64,000 nucleotides of DNA. Origin: Macrostomum lignano. Its lineage: Eukaryota. Location of the stretch: contig NIVC01003489.1 in assembly GCA_002269645.1 (NCBI GenBank), forward strand, positions 31,273 through 95,272. Reading direction: 5' to 3'. Positions 13,001 through 26,282 of the stretch are shown one piece after another; position 1 is the first letter of the stretch, and every line of letters begins with the position of its first letter. Below the pieces are notes generated by a model that worked only from the letters and a program-made list of their open reading frames with translations, was not told the origin of the DNA and did not search any database. The translations under genes were made by a program, and so were the position numbers.

Positions 13001-14239
13001 AATAATGTATGTAGTGCTAAAATGTAGAATTTGCATTTAGAATCTGAATTCTAAATTACTTATCAACAATTACGCCCATATTTCGCTACCTAAAGTATCA
13101 CCCTAGCAGGCGACTTGTATTTAACTTACATCTCCGAACATGTACAGTAGTTACTTCTTCCCTGCCAGGACTCCATCCCCGGTGGGGGACTGTTATTGTA
13201 TCCAGCCTAGAAACTTCCGCGTACGAATAAGCAACACATTCTCTAATTAGGCATTAAAAGTCCAGTTCACATATCCGATACTTCTCGAATATTCATGAAT
13301 TCTACAATTTCCATTAAATTGTTTACAAATAATAAGCAAACAGCACTGTAAATACCCGCGCCTAATTTTTCCACTCGGAAAATTACCAAATAAACAAACA
13401 AAAGAGCCACACCTTTACGCCTTATTTATTTGAATTCGCTACAGGCCTGTTTGGTCTTATACAAACCAAATTCTGCCGGTTCGAAGCCTCAACTTACCAA
13501 AAAAACTTGCCTGACCTGATCAAACTTACTTGAAGTAAAAGTCAAAATAAACTGCAATCTAAAAAGAATTTTTTGTAATGGATACGGTTCCCATTTCCTA
13601 TTTTGTATTTATATTGCAATATATAGTTTTTTATAATTTATATCATTATACGCTCGTATATTCCAACTGACATTGCGAGCAAGTCAGAAAGTTTCTATCC
13701 AGTTTCTTGGCAAGAAAAATAAAGTTAGGAAGAGTTCTGTCAATATAGCCATTAAAAATGCCTATAATGCAGAAGTAGTCGTTCGCTTACCTTGCCTTTT
13801 GGAGGTGGTTAGTTAGCATGGGACGCGCTAAAAAATAAGAAAATTATTTTGTTTGCGGCTCTGCACACTCGTCTCTTCAAATTAGCTGCGCTCTCGAGGC
13901 GCGAACGTGTCAAAGCCCTGTATTGGTAGGCTGGCCTTTGGGCCATAGACAATTTTTTTCTAGCACCAATCAAGTTTTGACTACAAGCCGGGAGAGGAAT
14001 CGATTTTAATACGACGTAAAGTTGTCTATGGCTTTCGTCGTTCGTTTTTAAAGCACACAGAGAGCAGGAAAACGAGCTTATTACCCACTTAGGCCCGGCC
14101 ATAGACTAAGGAAAGCATTTATTTGATGCGAAAGAAATTTATCTGGCCGGGCCCGAGTACTTTAGAATTTCTGTTTGAACGAAATAACGTGTAAGAAACG
14201 AAGAACGAACGAAGAACTGCACTTTTGTCATTAAGTTCT

Positions 14240-15045
14240 CGAAAAACAAACATTGTTAATCGAAAGTAATCGTGACCTTATTCGATTCACCACAAATCTC
14301 GATTCGCATCTTCTTAGGACTAGGACTCTCGGAGTTGACGGCGACAGTTGACTGTCCTCCTTGGTGGGCAACAACATTAGAAGAGGTAACAGTAGTAGTT
14401 CCAGTGGTAGTACGAGTAATGACGGCAGAGGCCTGGCTCTGGCAGACCATGTGGGTAATGGAATCTCCACCAGCGTTGATGTTTGTCACTTGGTTCTCGT
14501 CTCTTGCGGCAACGATTGCCGATGCCTCCTTATTCTTAGTGACGGTACTTCAGAAGATAATTAAGATCTTGCTTCGTCATCCCAGAGAGACCTTTAGGAC
14601 CATCAACGATGGACCACTACCCGTTGACCAACCAGTCTTCTTCTGCTTATTCCAATGCTTGAATACGCCGACGATCTAATCAGCCTTCTTTTTAGTATTT
14701 TCTGGTGTCGCTTTATTCAGTTGCAAATTCAACTCCAACTCGTTCATATCATCGCATGCCGACTCGAAACCACTACATCACGGTGTTTGTCGCCTTCGGC
14801 CACCATGAACAGTCAAGATTAAAATCCATGTCCGGCAGAGTCAAGTCAAGTAAGTCGTCAGGAATACTCATTGTGATTTTTTGGTTGGATATGTCGTTGG
14901 TAAGTACGTTGCAGGATTTCATCTTAACTTTCCTCTCGCTTGACACGAACAGAGTAATAAATACATCATTCCCCACTTGTTTTATTCATTTTGATCGTAA
15001 GCGGCTGAGGACGCGTTTATTGGCCGAGGCGAAGCCGAGGGATAA
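14240..15045 (-). mobile_element. Probable Crypton-like (KCTD1/ZMYM/QRICH1 DUF3504-type tyrosine recombinase element) remnant with catalytic core deleted
   Basis: Minus strand ~14640-14760 reads ELELNLQLNKATPENTKKKAD*IVGVFKHW, then LSGMTKQDLNYLLKY, then an S/T-rich tail ending NKVTITFD. This resembles the N-terminus and tail of DUF3504-type proteins; no recombinase catalytic motifs seen. Confidence 0.5.
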
Positions 15046-16054
15046 CTTAAAATTGGATACAACTACACATCTTACAAAGTAAACCTTTAAGAATTGAGGA
15101 ATTAAGAAATTAGTCTTCTTAGACCTAATTTTTAGAGACGGAGTTTTTTATCTCAATGTAAGCGGTGAAAATCAAAACATGGCTTCAGAATCTGCATGGT
15201 AGCGTGACATAAAAATTGAGGGTCTGAGAGGGTGGACCAGCAACTGAGGATTTGGGGGGTGGCGAAATAACAGAGGGTGGCAGTCGCTCAAGTCAAGCTC
15301 TGCTTGTAACAATGGTGAGGGGGGGCAAAATAATTAAGTGTAAGTCAAGTTAAAGTAAAATATGTGGTTTGCCAAATCATAAAGGGGATGTAAACTTAAG
15401 AGTCAAAATGGAGCCCGAAACATTAGGTCCCGATTTCTCTACGCAAATCTCTTCCTTTGGAGCCAAATAGCTCCCGTTATGCCTAATACATGTATCTACC
15501 ACTTTAGCATTTGGGAATCTCTTTGGGGAGAAATGTGATAAATGGGAATTTCATGCCGGAGGCAAATAGAGGGTTCAGACACCAGCCTTTATCTGCTGAA
15601 GATACATGTAGGTCCCAGGCGTGAGACAACGCCTGGCCTGTTTCATTCATCACTGGCGAGCTGAATACACCTTCGCGAGCTGGCCGGCAGCTCGGCCTCC
15701 AAATAGTTTTCTTTATCTCAGTTTGCACCTGCCCTGGACATTGGATATCAAACTGGATTGAGCGGCATTGCACGGCTTTCTCTGCTGTATTTTTGACACT
15801 TGAAATGATCGGGTGATCGACAGGCTGCAATTGGCTGCTGTTGGCTGTCTGGACACTAGCAAATATTGCTCGAAAAATCGGGTCCCATCTTCTTCATAGG
15901 CCGCTACAGTGTATGAATTTTTTGATCAGCCAATGGCAGAGCGGCCCTGCGACTACCCTACATGCTCATGGGGCTAATATATTAAGCTTGCCTTCTAATT
16001 AAAAAGGTTTAGTCTTGCGTCTGCAGCATCTTCCGCAGCAATCTGAGTTCTACA

Positions 16055-16792
16055 ATGAATGCAAAGGCCGGCCTTATTCTTTACAGTCTCTCTGCCTGTC
16101 TCATTGCTGCTCAAGAGATTGAGCAGTGCTTCAGACAACTCACCAATGGCTCCCTCTGCATCCGCAGCGCCTTCACCCGCAACCTGAGCGGCATCACCTC
16201 GGACCTGCCGTGCTCTCTGTATTGCGGCTCCGATCAGCGCTGCCAGGCCTTCACCACCGCGGACGGTCTGTGCCAGCTGTTCGTGTTCGACAAGTGCAGC
16301 AAGTCGGTGAGGGACTGCAGCTGCTCCAGGAGAGGCCGCCTGTTCGTGAAGCGGCAGCCGGGACTCTCGGCGGGCTCGCTGTGTCCTGTGGGCTACGGCG
16401 ACGAGCTGTGCGGAGTGAAGTACCGGGTGCTGAAGAACAACGCAACTTGGGCGGTTCAGAGAGGAAGGTGCGAGTCGGAGCCAGGCCTGGTGATCATGGC
16501 CGATGTCGCTGACGCAGCTGAGCTGAGCCACGTGAATGTCCTGTTTGTCGCTCACTCCCCCACCCATCCAATGTACCTGGGCGGCTACCGGGTGTTTCCG
16601 GGAGCCCAGGTGACAGATGGCTGGTTCTGGGTCGGCTGCAACATCACGATCGGCTCTGTGTGGGGAACTGGTGAACCGAGTGGATTTAGCGAAATGGCCA
16701 CCGCTCGATACCCGACCGTATCAGACGTAGTGGACATCACCGATATGGGTCTCTTTGGCGCCCTTTGTGAATGCGTATCGCCTTTCGACTGA
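16055..16792 (+). CDS. Secreted PAN/Apple + C-type lectin-like domain protein, single exon, 245 aa
   Basis: Signal-peptide-like N-terminus; CSLYCGSDQRCQAF....GLCQL (PAN); CPVGY, W....RCE, YLGG, WFW, W..GEPS and a terminal ALCEC (CTLD); GC-rich codon usage. Confidence 0.85.
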   Translation: MNAKAGLILYSLSACLIAAQEIEQCFRQLTNGSLCIRSAFTRNLSGITSDLPCSLYCGSDQRCQAFTTADGLCQLFVFDKCSKSVRDCSCSRRGRLFVKRQPGLSAGSLCPVGYGDELCGVKYRVLKNNATWAVQRGRCESEPGLVIMADVADAAELSHVNVLFVAHSPTHPMYLGGYRVFPGAQVTDGWFWVGCNITIGSVWGTGEPSGFSEMATARYPTVSDVVDITDMGLFGALCECVSPFD

Positions 16793-17299
16793 GTCTGTTG
16801 TCGCACACCGTCTCTGTTGAAAATGTCAGAAGCCACGTTTTGGAAACGGACCCTAAGAACTGGTTAAACTGAGTTTTAAAGATTGCGATTGCCGAAACGT
16901 ATTTTGCCTTTGACGCACTGCCACCCGTTCCTCACAGGTTTCGCTGTGTTCTGAGCATGCCCGCCTCACAACTGTCACTTTCAGTTGATCTCCTTGGCTG
17001 CCACATGGCTCCCACCGAGCCTGAAACGAATTTGCCTCTGGCTTTTCAAACAGAATCGCAGCTTCTCTTTTCTAAGAAATCAAAAATTGCCAAATTCTCT
17101 TGCAGATTTTCCTCCACTTCAATGAAGTTAGAATGCGACTTGACGCTTGTATTCTTGGCTATTTTTTATGGATGCAGTCAGAAGTACAGGCCTTGTTGTA
17201 ATTAATGTTTTATCTGCTCTTGTTACTACAAACCGGTTGGATCTGAGATTTCATTTCACCTCCCACTTCGAGCAGAAAACCTTGGCTGTTTCCCTTGAA

Positions 17300-18425
17300 T
17301 CGTGTACCTGACGCTGTGTTCCTTGAATTTAATTCTTGTACCTGTAGCCGTGCTCCTTGAATTTATATCTTGTACCTGTAGCCGTGCTCCTTGAATTTAT
17401 ATCTTGTACCTGTAGCCGTGTAACTTGAATTTATATCTTGTACCTGTAGCCGTGTTCCTTGAACTTATATCTTGTACCTGTAGCCGTGCTCCTTGAATTT
17501 ATATCTTGTACCTGTAGCCGTGTTCCTTGAATTTATATCTTGTACCTGTAGCCGTGTTCCTTGAATTTATATCTTGTACCTGCAGCCGTGTTCCTTGAAT
17601 ATATATCTTGTACCTGTAGCCGTGCTCCTTGAATTTATATCTTGTACCTGTAGCCGTGTTCCTTGAATTTATATCTTGTACCTGCAGCCGTGTTCCTCGA
17701 ATATATATCTTGTACCTGTAGCCGTGCTCCTTGAATTTATATCTTGTACCTGTAGCCGTGTTCCTTGAATTTATATCTTGTACCTGTAGCCGTGTTCCTT
17801 GAATTTATATCTTGTACCTGCAGCCGTGTTCCTTGAATATATATCTTGTACCTGTAGCCGTGCTCCTTGAATTTATATTTTGTACCTGTAGCCGTGTTCC
17901 TTGAATTTATATCTTGTACCTGCAGCCGTGTTCCTTGAATATATATCTTGTACCTGTAGCCGTGTTCCTTGAACTTATATCTTGTACCTGTAGCCGTGTT
18001 CCTTGAATTTATATCTTGTACCTGTAGCCGTGTTCCTTGAATTTATATCTTGTACCTGCAGCCGTGTTCCTTGAATATATATCTTGTACCTGTAGCCGTG
18101 TTCCTTGAACTTATATCTTGTACCTGTAGCCGTGTTCCTTGAACTTATATCTTGTACCTGTAGCCGTGTTCCTTGAATTTATATTTTGTACCTGTAGCCG
18201 TGTTCCTTGAACTTATATCTTGTACCTGTAGCCGTGTTCCTTGAACTTATATTTTGTACCTGTAGCCGTGTTCCTTGAACTTATATCTTGTACCTGCAGC
18301 CGTGATCCTTGAACTTATATCTTGTACCTGTGGCCGTGTTCCTTGAACTTATATCTTGTACCTGTGGCCGTGTTCCTTGAACTTATATCTTGTACCTGTA
18401 GCCGTGTTCCTTGAACTTATATCAT
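17300..18425. repeat. 34-bp minisatellite (tacctgtagccgtgttccttgaatttatatcttg), ~32 copies
   Basis: Direct tandem periodicity of 34 bp. Confidence 0.97.
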
Positions 18426-20005
18426 CTAAACCAAATATATTTTTGACTAGATTAATTGATTTTATCAAATGGACTCCACGCAGTTTAGCTCGTGTTTCTA
18501 GCAAACAGAAATCGATCATTTTTTCTGAAGCCCTGCGTTTTCTCCTGGGTCAGCATAAAGCACAAAAATACAGCCCAAATATGAGGAAACATCGCTGCAT
18601 ATTTGCATATTGACAGTAGCTGACTGTTACCCCTCACCCAAATCACCTCCGGTTGCAGGTGCACCTGAATCGAATTTTTTATTGTGCTGATAATTACACA
18701 TTAAACTTAGTCAGGATCATTTGTTTACGAGCGTGAGATAAGCAAAAAGTTGGATTAAAAATATTTTTTCTCCATTCTTCCAATCTCCAAATGGATTGAC
18801 TTCATCTAGCTCTCCCAGCCTCATAATGCAGCCTCACTTTGGTATGGCTAGCTATTTTTGTCGTTTTATTTCGCAGAAATTATCTTGTAGCTGTGCGGAG
18901 GTTGAAAAACAACTCAATATTTGATGGAGCAATTTTTGTATGGGCTCCACATCAGCCTCTTTAATAATTCATGCCAATATCTACCATCCGTAGCAGGATG
19001 AAGTTTCTATATCCGCTTCCAGAAACAACTGCTGTGGGATTTGGGGAGCCTGCAGCGTTCCGCTGAGGCGCTTAAGCTTGACGATGGGCCATGCAGATTC
19101 CCCCTCCTGCCCATTTAATCCCAGTTTGATCCCAGTTGATTGATTCTTTTTATGCAGGCAGATATTTATCGACGCATAGCTGAGACTCACATATAGATGC
19201 TGGCTTAAAACAGTTGCCATGCGCGGCCAGTGCATCGAAATTGTTGACAACGTAAATTTGTAGCTGGGGACAGCTTGGCCAGCACCGGCTAACAAGAGCG
19301 ACTTTTTTCCGGCTTCTCTTCAGTCTTAAATCCAGTAACAATTTTGCCAATCAGCAGTTCACTTCAATTAGTATGCTCAACTATGAGAATTGCGTGTATG
19401 AATCAGAAGCAGATCTTGAGGCCCAGTGACCACACGTTAAGGTCCTTGCGAGTCCCTGTGAGTGAGAACTCGTCAAAGTCCTCTTGCAACATCTGGAGAC
19501 ACTGGAAAGCATTTTTTGGGATGAAATCATGGCCAGGGCCACCATAGCGCCGCGTAAATGCATTTAAACAATCTGAATGTGTTCTTTTATTTTGCGGTAG
19601 ATCGACAGCAGCAATTTGATGTTAAGTGCTTCCATTCTAAGTAGAAAATAAATAAGGCCTTGAGTTACTTCATCCACTGACTCCCCAGCAACAGATTAGT
19701 CTACTTTTTTGCAGATACGCTTGTCAGAACTATTGTTCATTGGCAAGCTGGCACAAGTGGGTGCTGGTATTTTACCCGGCCCAGCCACTGCGGCCAAACG
19801 ACCAAACGGCCCCCATGCCTAGCCGACATAATATGAGAGGCTTGTTTCTTATTTTAACATCAAATCTAAATATTTTAATGAAAAACAAATGCATGAATTA
19901 CTATTGCCTCCGTATTTATTAATATCCGGATTTTACCCTCTGCTTTTAGATCGATTCACTATTTGTTATTTTCTAATTTTTTAAATTGTGATTTAATCTT
20001 AACGC

Positions 20006-21920
20006 TTTTACTTGACTTAGCTGCAGGGGGCTCCGTGCATCAAAGAGGCGTTGCCGCCCATTTTGCTAACCCCTGGCGACCTTTCTTTTAGTGCTGCGGT
20101 GTCACGCAGGGAAGATCCGGTGTGCTGGTGTCCGCAGCGCGGACCTCCTTCGGAAGAGTCCAGGCGGATGGTCGCTCGAACGGTAGCCCTTGGGTAGCGG
20201 ACGAGCTGGCAGAGATTCTCGGGCCTGAAAACGTCGACATTCTCGACATTTTCTCGACAATGGGTATTCCTCACTACGGATTTTTCCTTCAAGGTGGCGA
20301 TGCCTGGCAAAACAGCCATGACCTAAGAGGGCCAAAGTCACCGCCCTGATGGCCTTGCGGTTGAGTCCAACCAGGGCCCTGCGCAGGGCGGAGGAAAGAC
20401 AGGGGACAGCAGCGCAGGATTGTCGGCAGTCGGGTGCGTTAGCCCATGCACCTCTCCCTGTGCTTTGAAGCCACCCACTGGTTGATCTGAGTGGTGACGC
20501 GGCCGATCGAGCCAAAAGAAGCAAAGCCAAAAAGAAAGTCGAACCAGTCTTGACCAGGCGATCGGCCAACTCGTTACCGGGGTGGCCCGAGTGTCCGGGA
20601 ATCCACCAAGTAGGAACACCTTGTTAAAGGCACCAAAGCGATTGAGCTGCCGAATGCAGTCGAAAACTGTACGTGAGCAGGTGGTGGTGCGCTCAAGGGC
20701 GTGGATCGCCGCTCGACTGTCCGAGTGGAGAGTAATCTTCTTTCCCCAGAGGCGCTGGTTGTACAGCTCAATGGAGCAGGAGCTGATGGCGAAAACTTCG
20801 TTCTGGAAGACGATGGAGCAGGTGCCGGTGTGCTGGGAGAAGCTCGACATGGTTCTCCCTTGATCCAGACACGATTCAGTAGCGTACCCAGAGGCGGAGT
20901 TGATTTGGAACCCATCATTGAAGCAGTGGTCAATGATGGAGTGGATTTCATGGGGTTTCCAGTTGTGTTCCTTTGCTTCGAACTGCTTCTGGAAGGGGAC
21001 ACCCGTGTCAAACAGACGGCGGGTGGCCTTCATTGCCTCCCCTCTGACAAAGAGGTCAAGGGGGAAGTCCAGGAAAGAGAGCCAGCAAAAGGCGTAGAGG
21101 GGGCCTCGCTCATGATGGCTCGACAAGCGCAGCCTTGCACCCTGTTAAGAGCTTCAAGAATCCCTTTCACCTCTAGGGCACTGGTCCAGATGAGTCCGAC
21201 GAAGGAGATGGCGCCCGTCACACGATGGCAGTGTAAATCCACCAGAGGCGGCTGGGGGTGAGGCCTCAGGTAGCGCCGAAAACTCTGCGAATCTGCGCAA
21301 GAGTCGCGAGAGCTTTGCAGGCTTTGGTTTGGACGTGTGGGGTCCAGCTCAAATTGTGGTCGAAGGTGGCACTTATAGACATCTGGTTTGTTTCTCATGG
21401 CAACGGGTCTGCCAAAGAGGGAGAGCGGTTCGATCCTCCAGTCGGCGGCTGGTGAGCATGATAGCCACGGTTTTAGACTCAGAGAACCTGAGACCGCAGC
21501 TGTGTGCTCAGCGCTCGGCATGGTGAATGAAGGCTTGGAGGAGTTTCTGAGGACCGCGGATGATGATCCAGCCATAGTGGCCGTAAAATCGTCCGCATTG
21601 CCGACCTTTTGAACTGGGTCCGGATGTAGACTGCAGAGCAGCTCGTCCAAGACCAAGTTTCAGAGGACTCCACCTTGCGGTCCGCCTTTTCTGGACCTCT
21701 ACAGAGCGGGAGTGTCCCAGGAGGTACGAGGTGGCAGTCCGATGGGAGACCATGTACATGATCAAGCGAGTATGGTGCATGCTCGTGCGTGCCCTGGGAT
21801 ACCAGGGCACGCCTAAAGGCTTTAAAGAGCACATTATATTGAAAGTGTACCATCAATGTCGAGGAAAAGCGAGAGCGCCTATCCACCGCCAAGCACGGCG
21901 CGTTTGTCGACAATGGCGTC
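20006..21920 (-). mobile_element. Decayed 5'-truncated non-LTR retrotransposon (RT + RNase H + CCHC finger; R1/LOA-like)
   Basis: Minus strand, several frames: FLDIDG (~21860), PQGGVL (~21675), [41 protein letters not shown]; 3' tail taagtcaagtaa at ~20006-20020; many frameshifts. Confidence 0.9.
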
Positions 21921-23303
21921 CAGGACGAAAGGCGTGTTGGTTGGGGGGAGAGCGCGCGGGGAGTCCCTGACCGAAGTATATGTAATTTCGGCGAAAAACC
22001 CGGCAAAAAGGCAACTTAATCACCAATCAGGCAATCAATCACTTATTTGATCTTTTTGCAACTAAACAGAACTAAAAAACATGTTAACCTACAGCCTCGA
22101 GAAAGAAATATGCATAAAAATCTCAAAATTTAGAGGCAAAATGCTTTTGTAAAATGTATACTTTTGTTATACTTTTGAGATAATTTTAAATGCTAACGTG
22201 ACCCATGTGGGCGCGAAGGCCCGTCCGTAGTTAATTGAACGTAAATCCGAGATTATAGAATGATACAATGTGTATGCTCGCTCGATTCGATAAATAATAA
22301 AGATAATTGATAAAGTTTATAGACTATGCATAATAGAACTACCTGTACTAGGGGTACACCAAAATGTAATATTACTCTTTACTTTAGCATTGTGATTAGC
22401 CTAGGCTAGACATAATGTAATATGTTATATGTAATGTAATTATTGTAAAGTAATGTAAATTTTAATCGGTAATAAAAAATATTTAATTTAAGTTAGGCCT
22501 AATTTAAATTTTAATGGCAATAATACATTCTGTAACTCATAACTCATGACGATTGAATAAGGAGTATGTCCTAATAAATAATAATATCACTTTTACTTTA
22601 GTCTTGGATCAAATTTTACCTCTTTTAGGAGTAGGCCCTAGGCTTGGCTGAGAGCAATCATGTAACTAGGCCCTAGGCTACTATTCTGTCCAGTAACAAA
22701 TTATGTGTGTGTACTATGTTGCAATACTTAGGGTAAATCCCTAGGTTGCACCCAAACATGAAAGTACATTGGCAATCCTTAGCCAACCTAGTGGTGAATC
22801 TATTTAGTGTAAATTATGATAGAGTGTATATTGCAACTTACAGGTGTCACTTTTATGATATTTTATTTTTTATATGTTTTGTGATAAATGTTTTGTTTTG
22901 TTTATGTTATATGTTTTGGAATTTTGTGATAAATTAAAGACTACTTTTTAGATAAATATTAAAACAAAATTATATTTTTATCCAAAACTAGTTGCAATGC
23001 CAATGTAATTTCAGAGGTTGAACATATATGCTAACATGCCAGTATATGTTAAGGCCCCTAGGCCCTAGCTTAAAAAGACTAAGTAGTTTAGGTGGTAAAT
23101 ATATTTGTAATATTTGTTTTCTACTTACTAATACTAGTTTAACTTTGTAGCAAGCAATAATACAATATTAGTTTGGTATTGTTAACTATTATTGGTATTT
23201 ATTTAATACTAAGGCTTTAGTAAAATTGGCCAAGAGTTTTTTGTAATTAATATTTATAGGGTCCTGAATCATTGAAAAACTGTTTATGCTTTATCATGCT
23301 TGG

Positions 23304-23459
23304 GCGCAACCTAGGGATTCACCCGGCCGTTTCTATTGGCAACACACATATGTAAGTCGCTATTGGACGGAATAGTAGTCACGTGACTGCTCTCAGCCAA
23401 TAGCGACTTACATGTGTGTGTTGCCAATAGAAATGGCCAGGTAAATCCCTAGGTTGCGC
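23304..23459. repeat. 156-bp palindrome / MITE-like element with 63-bp arms
   Basis: Arms 23304-23366 and 23397-23459 match at 59/63; spacer contains agtcacgtgact; an extra arm-end copy lies at ~22731-22770. Confidence 0.85.
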
Positions 23460-24444
23460 ATATATGTGCTTTATGGATATTATGTGCAACTTTTAAAATT
23501 ATACTAACCATACTATTTTCATAGTTTTAAGAAAAATTACAAGTTTTATATAATTGATAGTCCTATGTTTTAGTTTTAAGACTAGAATCTTGGAAACTCA
23601 AAATCAACAAATTTAACATTAGATAATTTTTACAATGACACATTTTGGTCTGCTTATACCATTTTTAAGCAGTTTATTGACTGAGTTACAAAAATGAAAA
23701 TGATACAATAATATAAATTAAACAATTAGGTAGGTTCTAGGTAAAAAAATTGAATAAAAATAAAAGTATAGGCCTTATTACATTACAAAAATTAGAATAT
23801 GGTTTTATCATATAAACATAATAACAGGAAAGAAAATGTGAAAGATTATCATATATATTCAGTTTGTTTGCAAGAGACAAGGTACAAAATTGCACCCCAA
23901 TTTCAATATTCAATTTTAAGGCTTAAAGTGCAGTTTCTCTTATTAAATTAGGCTTAAGCCTAAAAAATAGGTTATGAGACTAAGACTACACCTAAACTAC
24001 ACTCACAAGATACCAAGCATAAAATCATGGTTTTAATGGGAATGCAGACCAAAATAATGCATTGCTATAGAAAATTAATATTAATTTTAAGCTTCTTGTT
24101 CCCTTTAATACTTAAGCAAATTTAAGTCTTAGATTTTTATAATACACTTTTAAAAAGACTAAGTTTTGAATTTGTTCTAAAAATGTCAAAACTAGATTTT
24201 GTGACCTCTCTTAGTCTGCCATAATTTCCATATACTAAAAATGAAAATCTTGCTTGTACGCAATTGATTATCTCCTGAATGGCTAAACCAATTTTCATGA
24301 GACTTATGCCATCTAAATTGGCTGGGTTGGCTAGTAGTTTTATAATTTAACCATAAATTATATGGGTAAAGCCGCAAATATACATAAGGTAAAATTGCTT
24401 CTCTTAGGTCTTGATTTTTCCTATATACAAAAATAGTTTGTCAG

Positions 24445-24565
24445 TATCTATCTAGATAAGTATCTATATAATTGATTTAAGAAAAAAATGGCTCAATCAA
24501 TTTTTTTAAACTTTCACCATTAAAATCTGTTTTTTCTAATAATACATGTACATTGGCTAAAAAAT
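24445..24565 (+). mobile_element. Degenerate remnant of the Helitron 5' region
   Basis: aaaaaaatggctcaatcaattttt..aaactttcacc and tacattggctaaaaaattg resemble 4430-4520 and 11060-11100. Confidence 0.5.
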
Positions 24566-24941
24566 TGTTCATTCTCCCCCAGTAAAAACTAATGTAATTT
24601 TGAGTAAATGGCAGGAATAACTATAATTGTATTATTTAGGCTAAATGCCTTGTCAGCTATATCAGTACCCTGTGCTACAATTACCACTTTTTTCAGGTGG
24701 GCATTTTTGCAACTTTCTGCATGTATTAGAAATGGATCTAACCCCAATCCACTATTTTTAAAATCCCTGGATCCCAACAAAAATTAGAATCTTAATTCCT
24801 GAAATGTCCAGCCAGCTAAGGCAAAGTGTAGCCAGAATAGCCTTCTTAGGTTTTTTATTTAGTTTTCAGTGAATTGAGATTTTTATTGCAAAATGTGTAG
24901 GGCACTACTGCAAGTAGCTGGATGTGCAAATTATCCCGCAG

Positions 24942-25282
24942 CAATCGAGAGGCATGCCACTCGCTACCAAATGACCGATGAGCCATTCGAGCGGCAGGCC
25001 GCCGAGTCCCGGCCTCGGCCTCGAAATCTCAGCGTAGCCTCCGCCTCGTCATCCGCGTCCTCGGCAGCCACCAGCGGCCAGGAGGCCCTCCGGCGGTGCC
25101 TGCAGCGCGCCGGCCTGTCCGACTGCGCCGGCCTGTTTCCGGCCGAGTTCTCGCTGTCGCAGTTCCGCCAGCTCACTGCCGACCGGCTGCGCATCGAACT
25201 GGGCGTGACCGACCAGCGGCTTCGGTCCCGAATTCTCTGCGCCGTGCGCCGGGCCCGCTGCGCCGATGAGTCCGACAGAGAG
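24942..25282 (+). CDS. SAM-domain exon of a large multi-exon gene (possible start ATG 24971)
   Basis: LRRCLQRAGLSDCAGLF.....FRQLTADRLRIELGVTDQRLRSRILCAVRRAR fits the SAM pattern; AG at 24940-24941 and GT at 25283. Confidence 0.75.
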
Positions 25283-26282
25283 GTGCGCTGGGCTGGGTTG
25301 GGCCGCTGTGCCCGCCGTGGCACGCGGTTTTGCTTATGGGATTGCTGCTTTGTCTCCGCATCTGCTTTGTCTGTCTGTCTCAGTGTCTGTCTGTCAGTCC
25401 GTCTGTCTATCTGTTTGTCTGTCTGTCTAATGACTTCCTTGTCTGTCTGTTTGCCTGTTAATTTGAGGCCAATTAAAATGTGATCACACATTCACACGGC
25501 TTGTATTCACATATTTGCTAAAGTATTATGTGCCAAAAAATCAAAGCCTGTTATCCTACTCAATAAGTAGTACCGCGCGCATATATATTTGCACAGGCAT
25601 ATCGCATTGAAACCCATGCTCCAGCGCCCAGTCAGTTTTGTGTTTTGCACTTCAATTCACTTGTGCGCCATCGCTGCAAATTCCAGCCACTTCAATTTGC
25701 AGAAGCTGCCAAATCCTTCCGTTGTCACGTGACTGTTTTGATTCTATTTTTAGCTCAGCTTCTAACTAAAGGAGAATGGAGAGCCTCCGCCGATCTGCCG
25801 CTTATCGATTTGAGCCTTGGTGGCCTATTGTTAAAATAGCATGAATTGGCAAGCACAGGCTAGAGAAGGATGCGCTTTCTCCCACGTCCTGTAGCTCAGC
25901 TCCCGTGTGCGGCCGTGCCATCGCTTTTTGTAGCTTTGCACTTTAAACGGCTGGGTGAGAGGCTGCAGTTCCGGATTTCTCTCTGCTTCAGTCTTCATCA
26001 TATTGACCGTCTTCACCTGGCTCTTGAGCTTTGATGCTTTTTAACTAGGTGTACTTTGTTCGAGCTCTGCAGATTTGTCCGCCCCAAGCTGACTGCGTGC
26101 CATTTCAGGAACCGAATGTACTTTTTTGAAACTGTGTCATTTATAGGAGCCAAGTGTGTCATTTCTAGAAACTGTTATGTTAAATTTATAGGAATTTGTT
26201 GACTGCATTTCTAACGGGTGTGTGAGGTTTCTATGAACTGCCGGACTGACTGGGCCATTTTCAGTGCTGGGTTTGTCATTTC

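Noticed and set aside
8470-18735. Recurrent TACGAGCGT motif (~8479, ~8909, ~13648 reverse, ~18726) as TIRs
   Set aside because: Only 9-10 bp, no extended similarity or TSD found.
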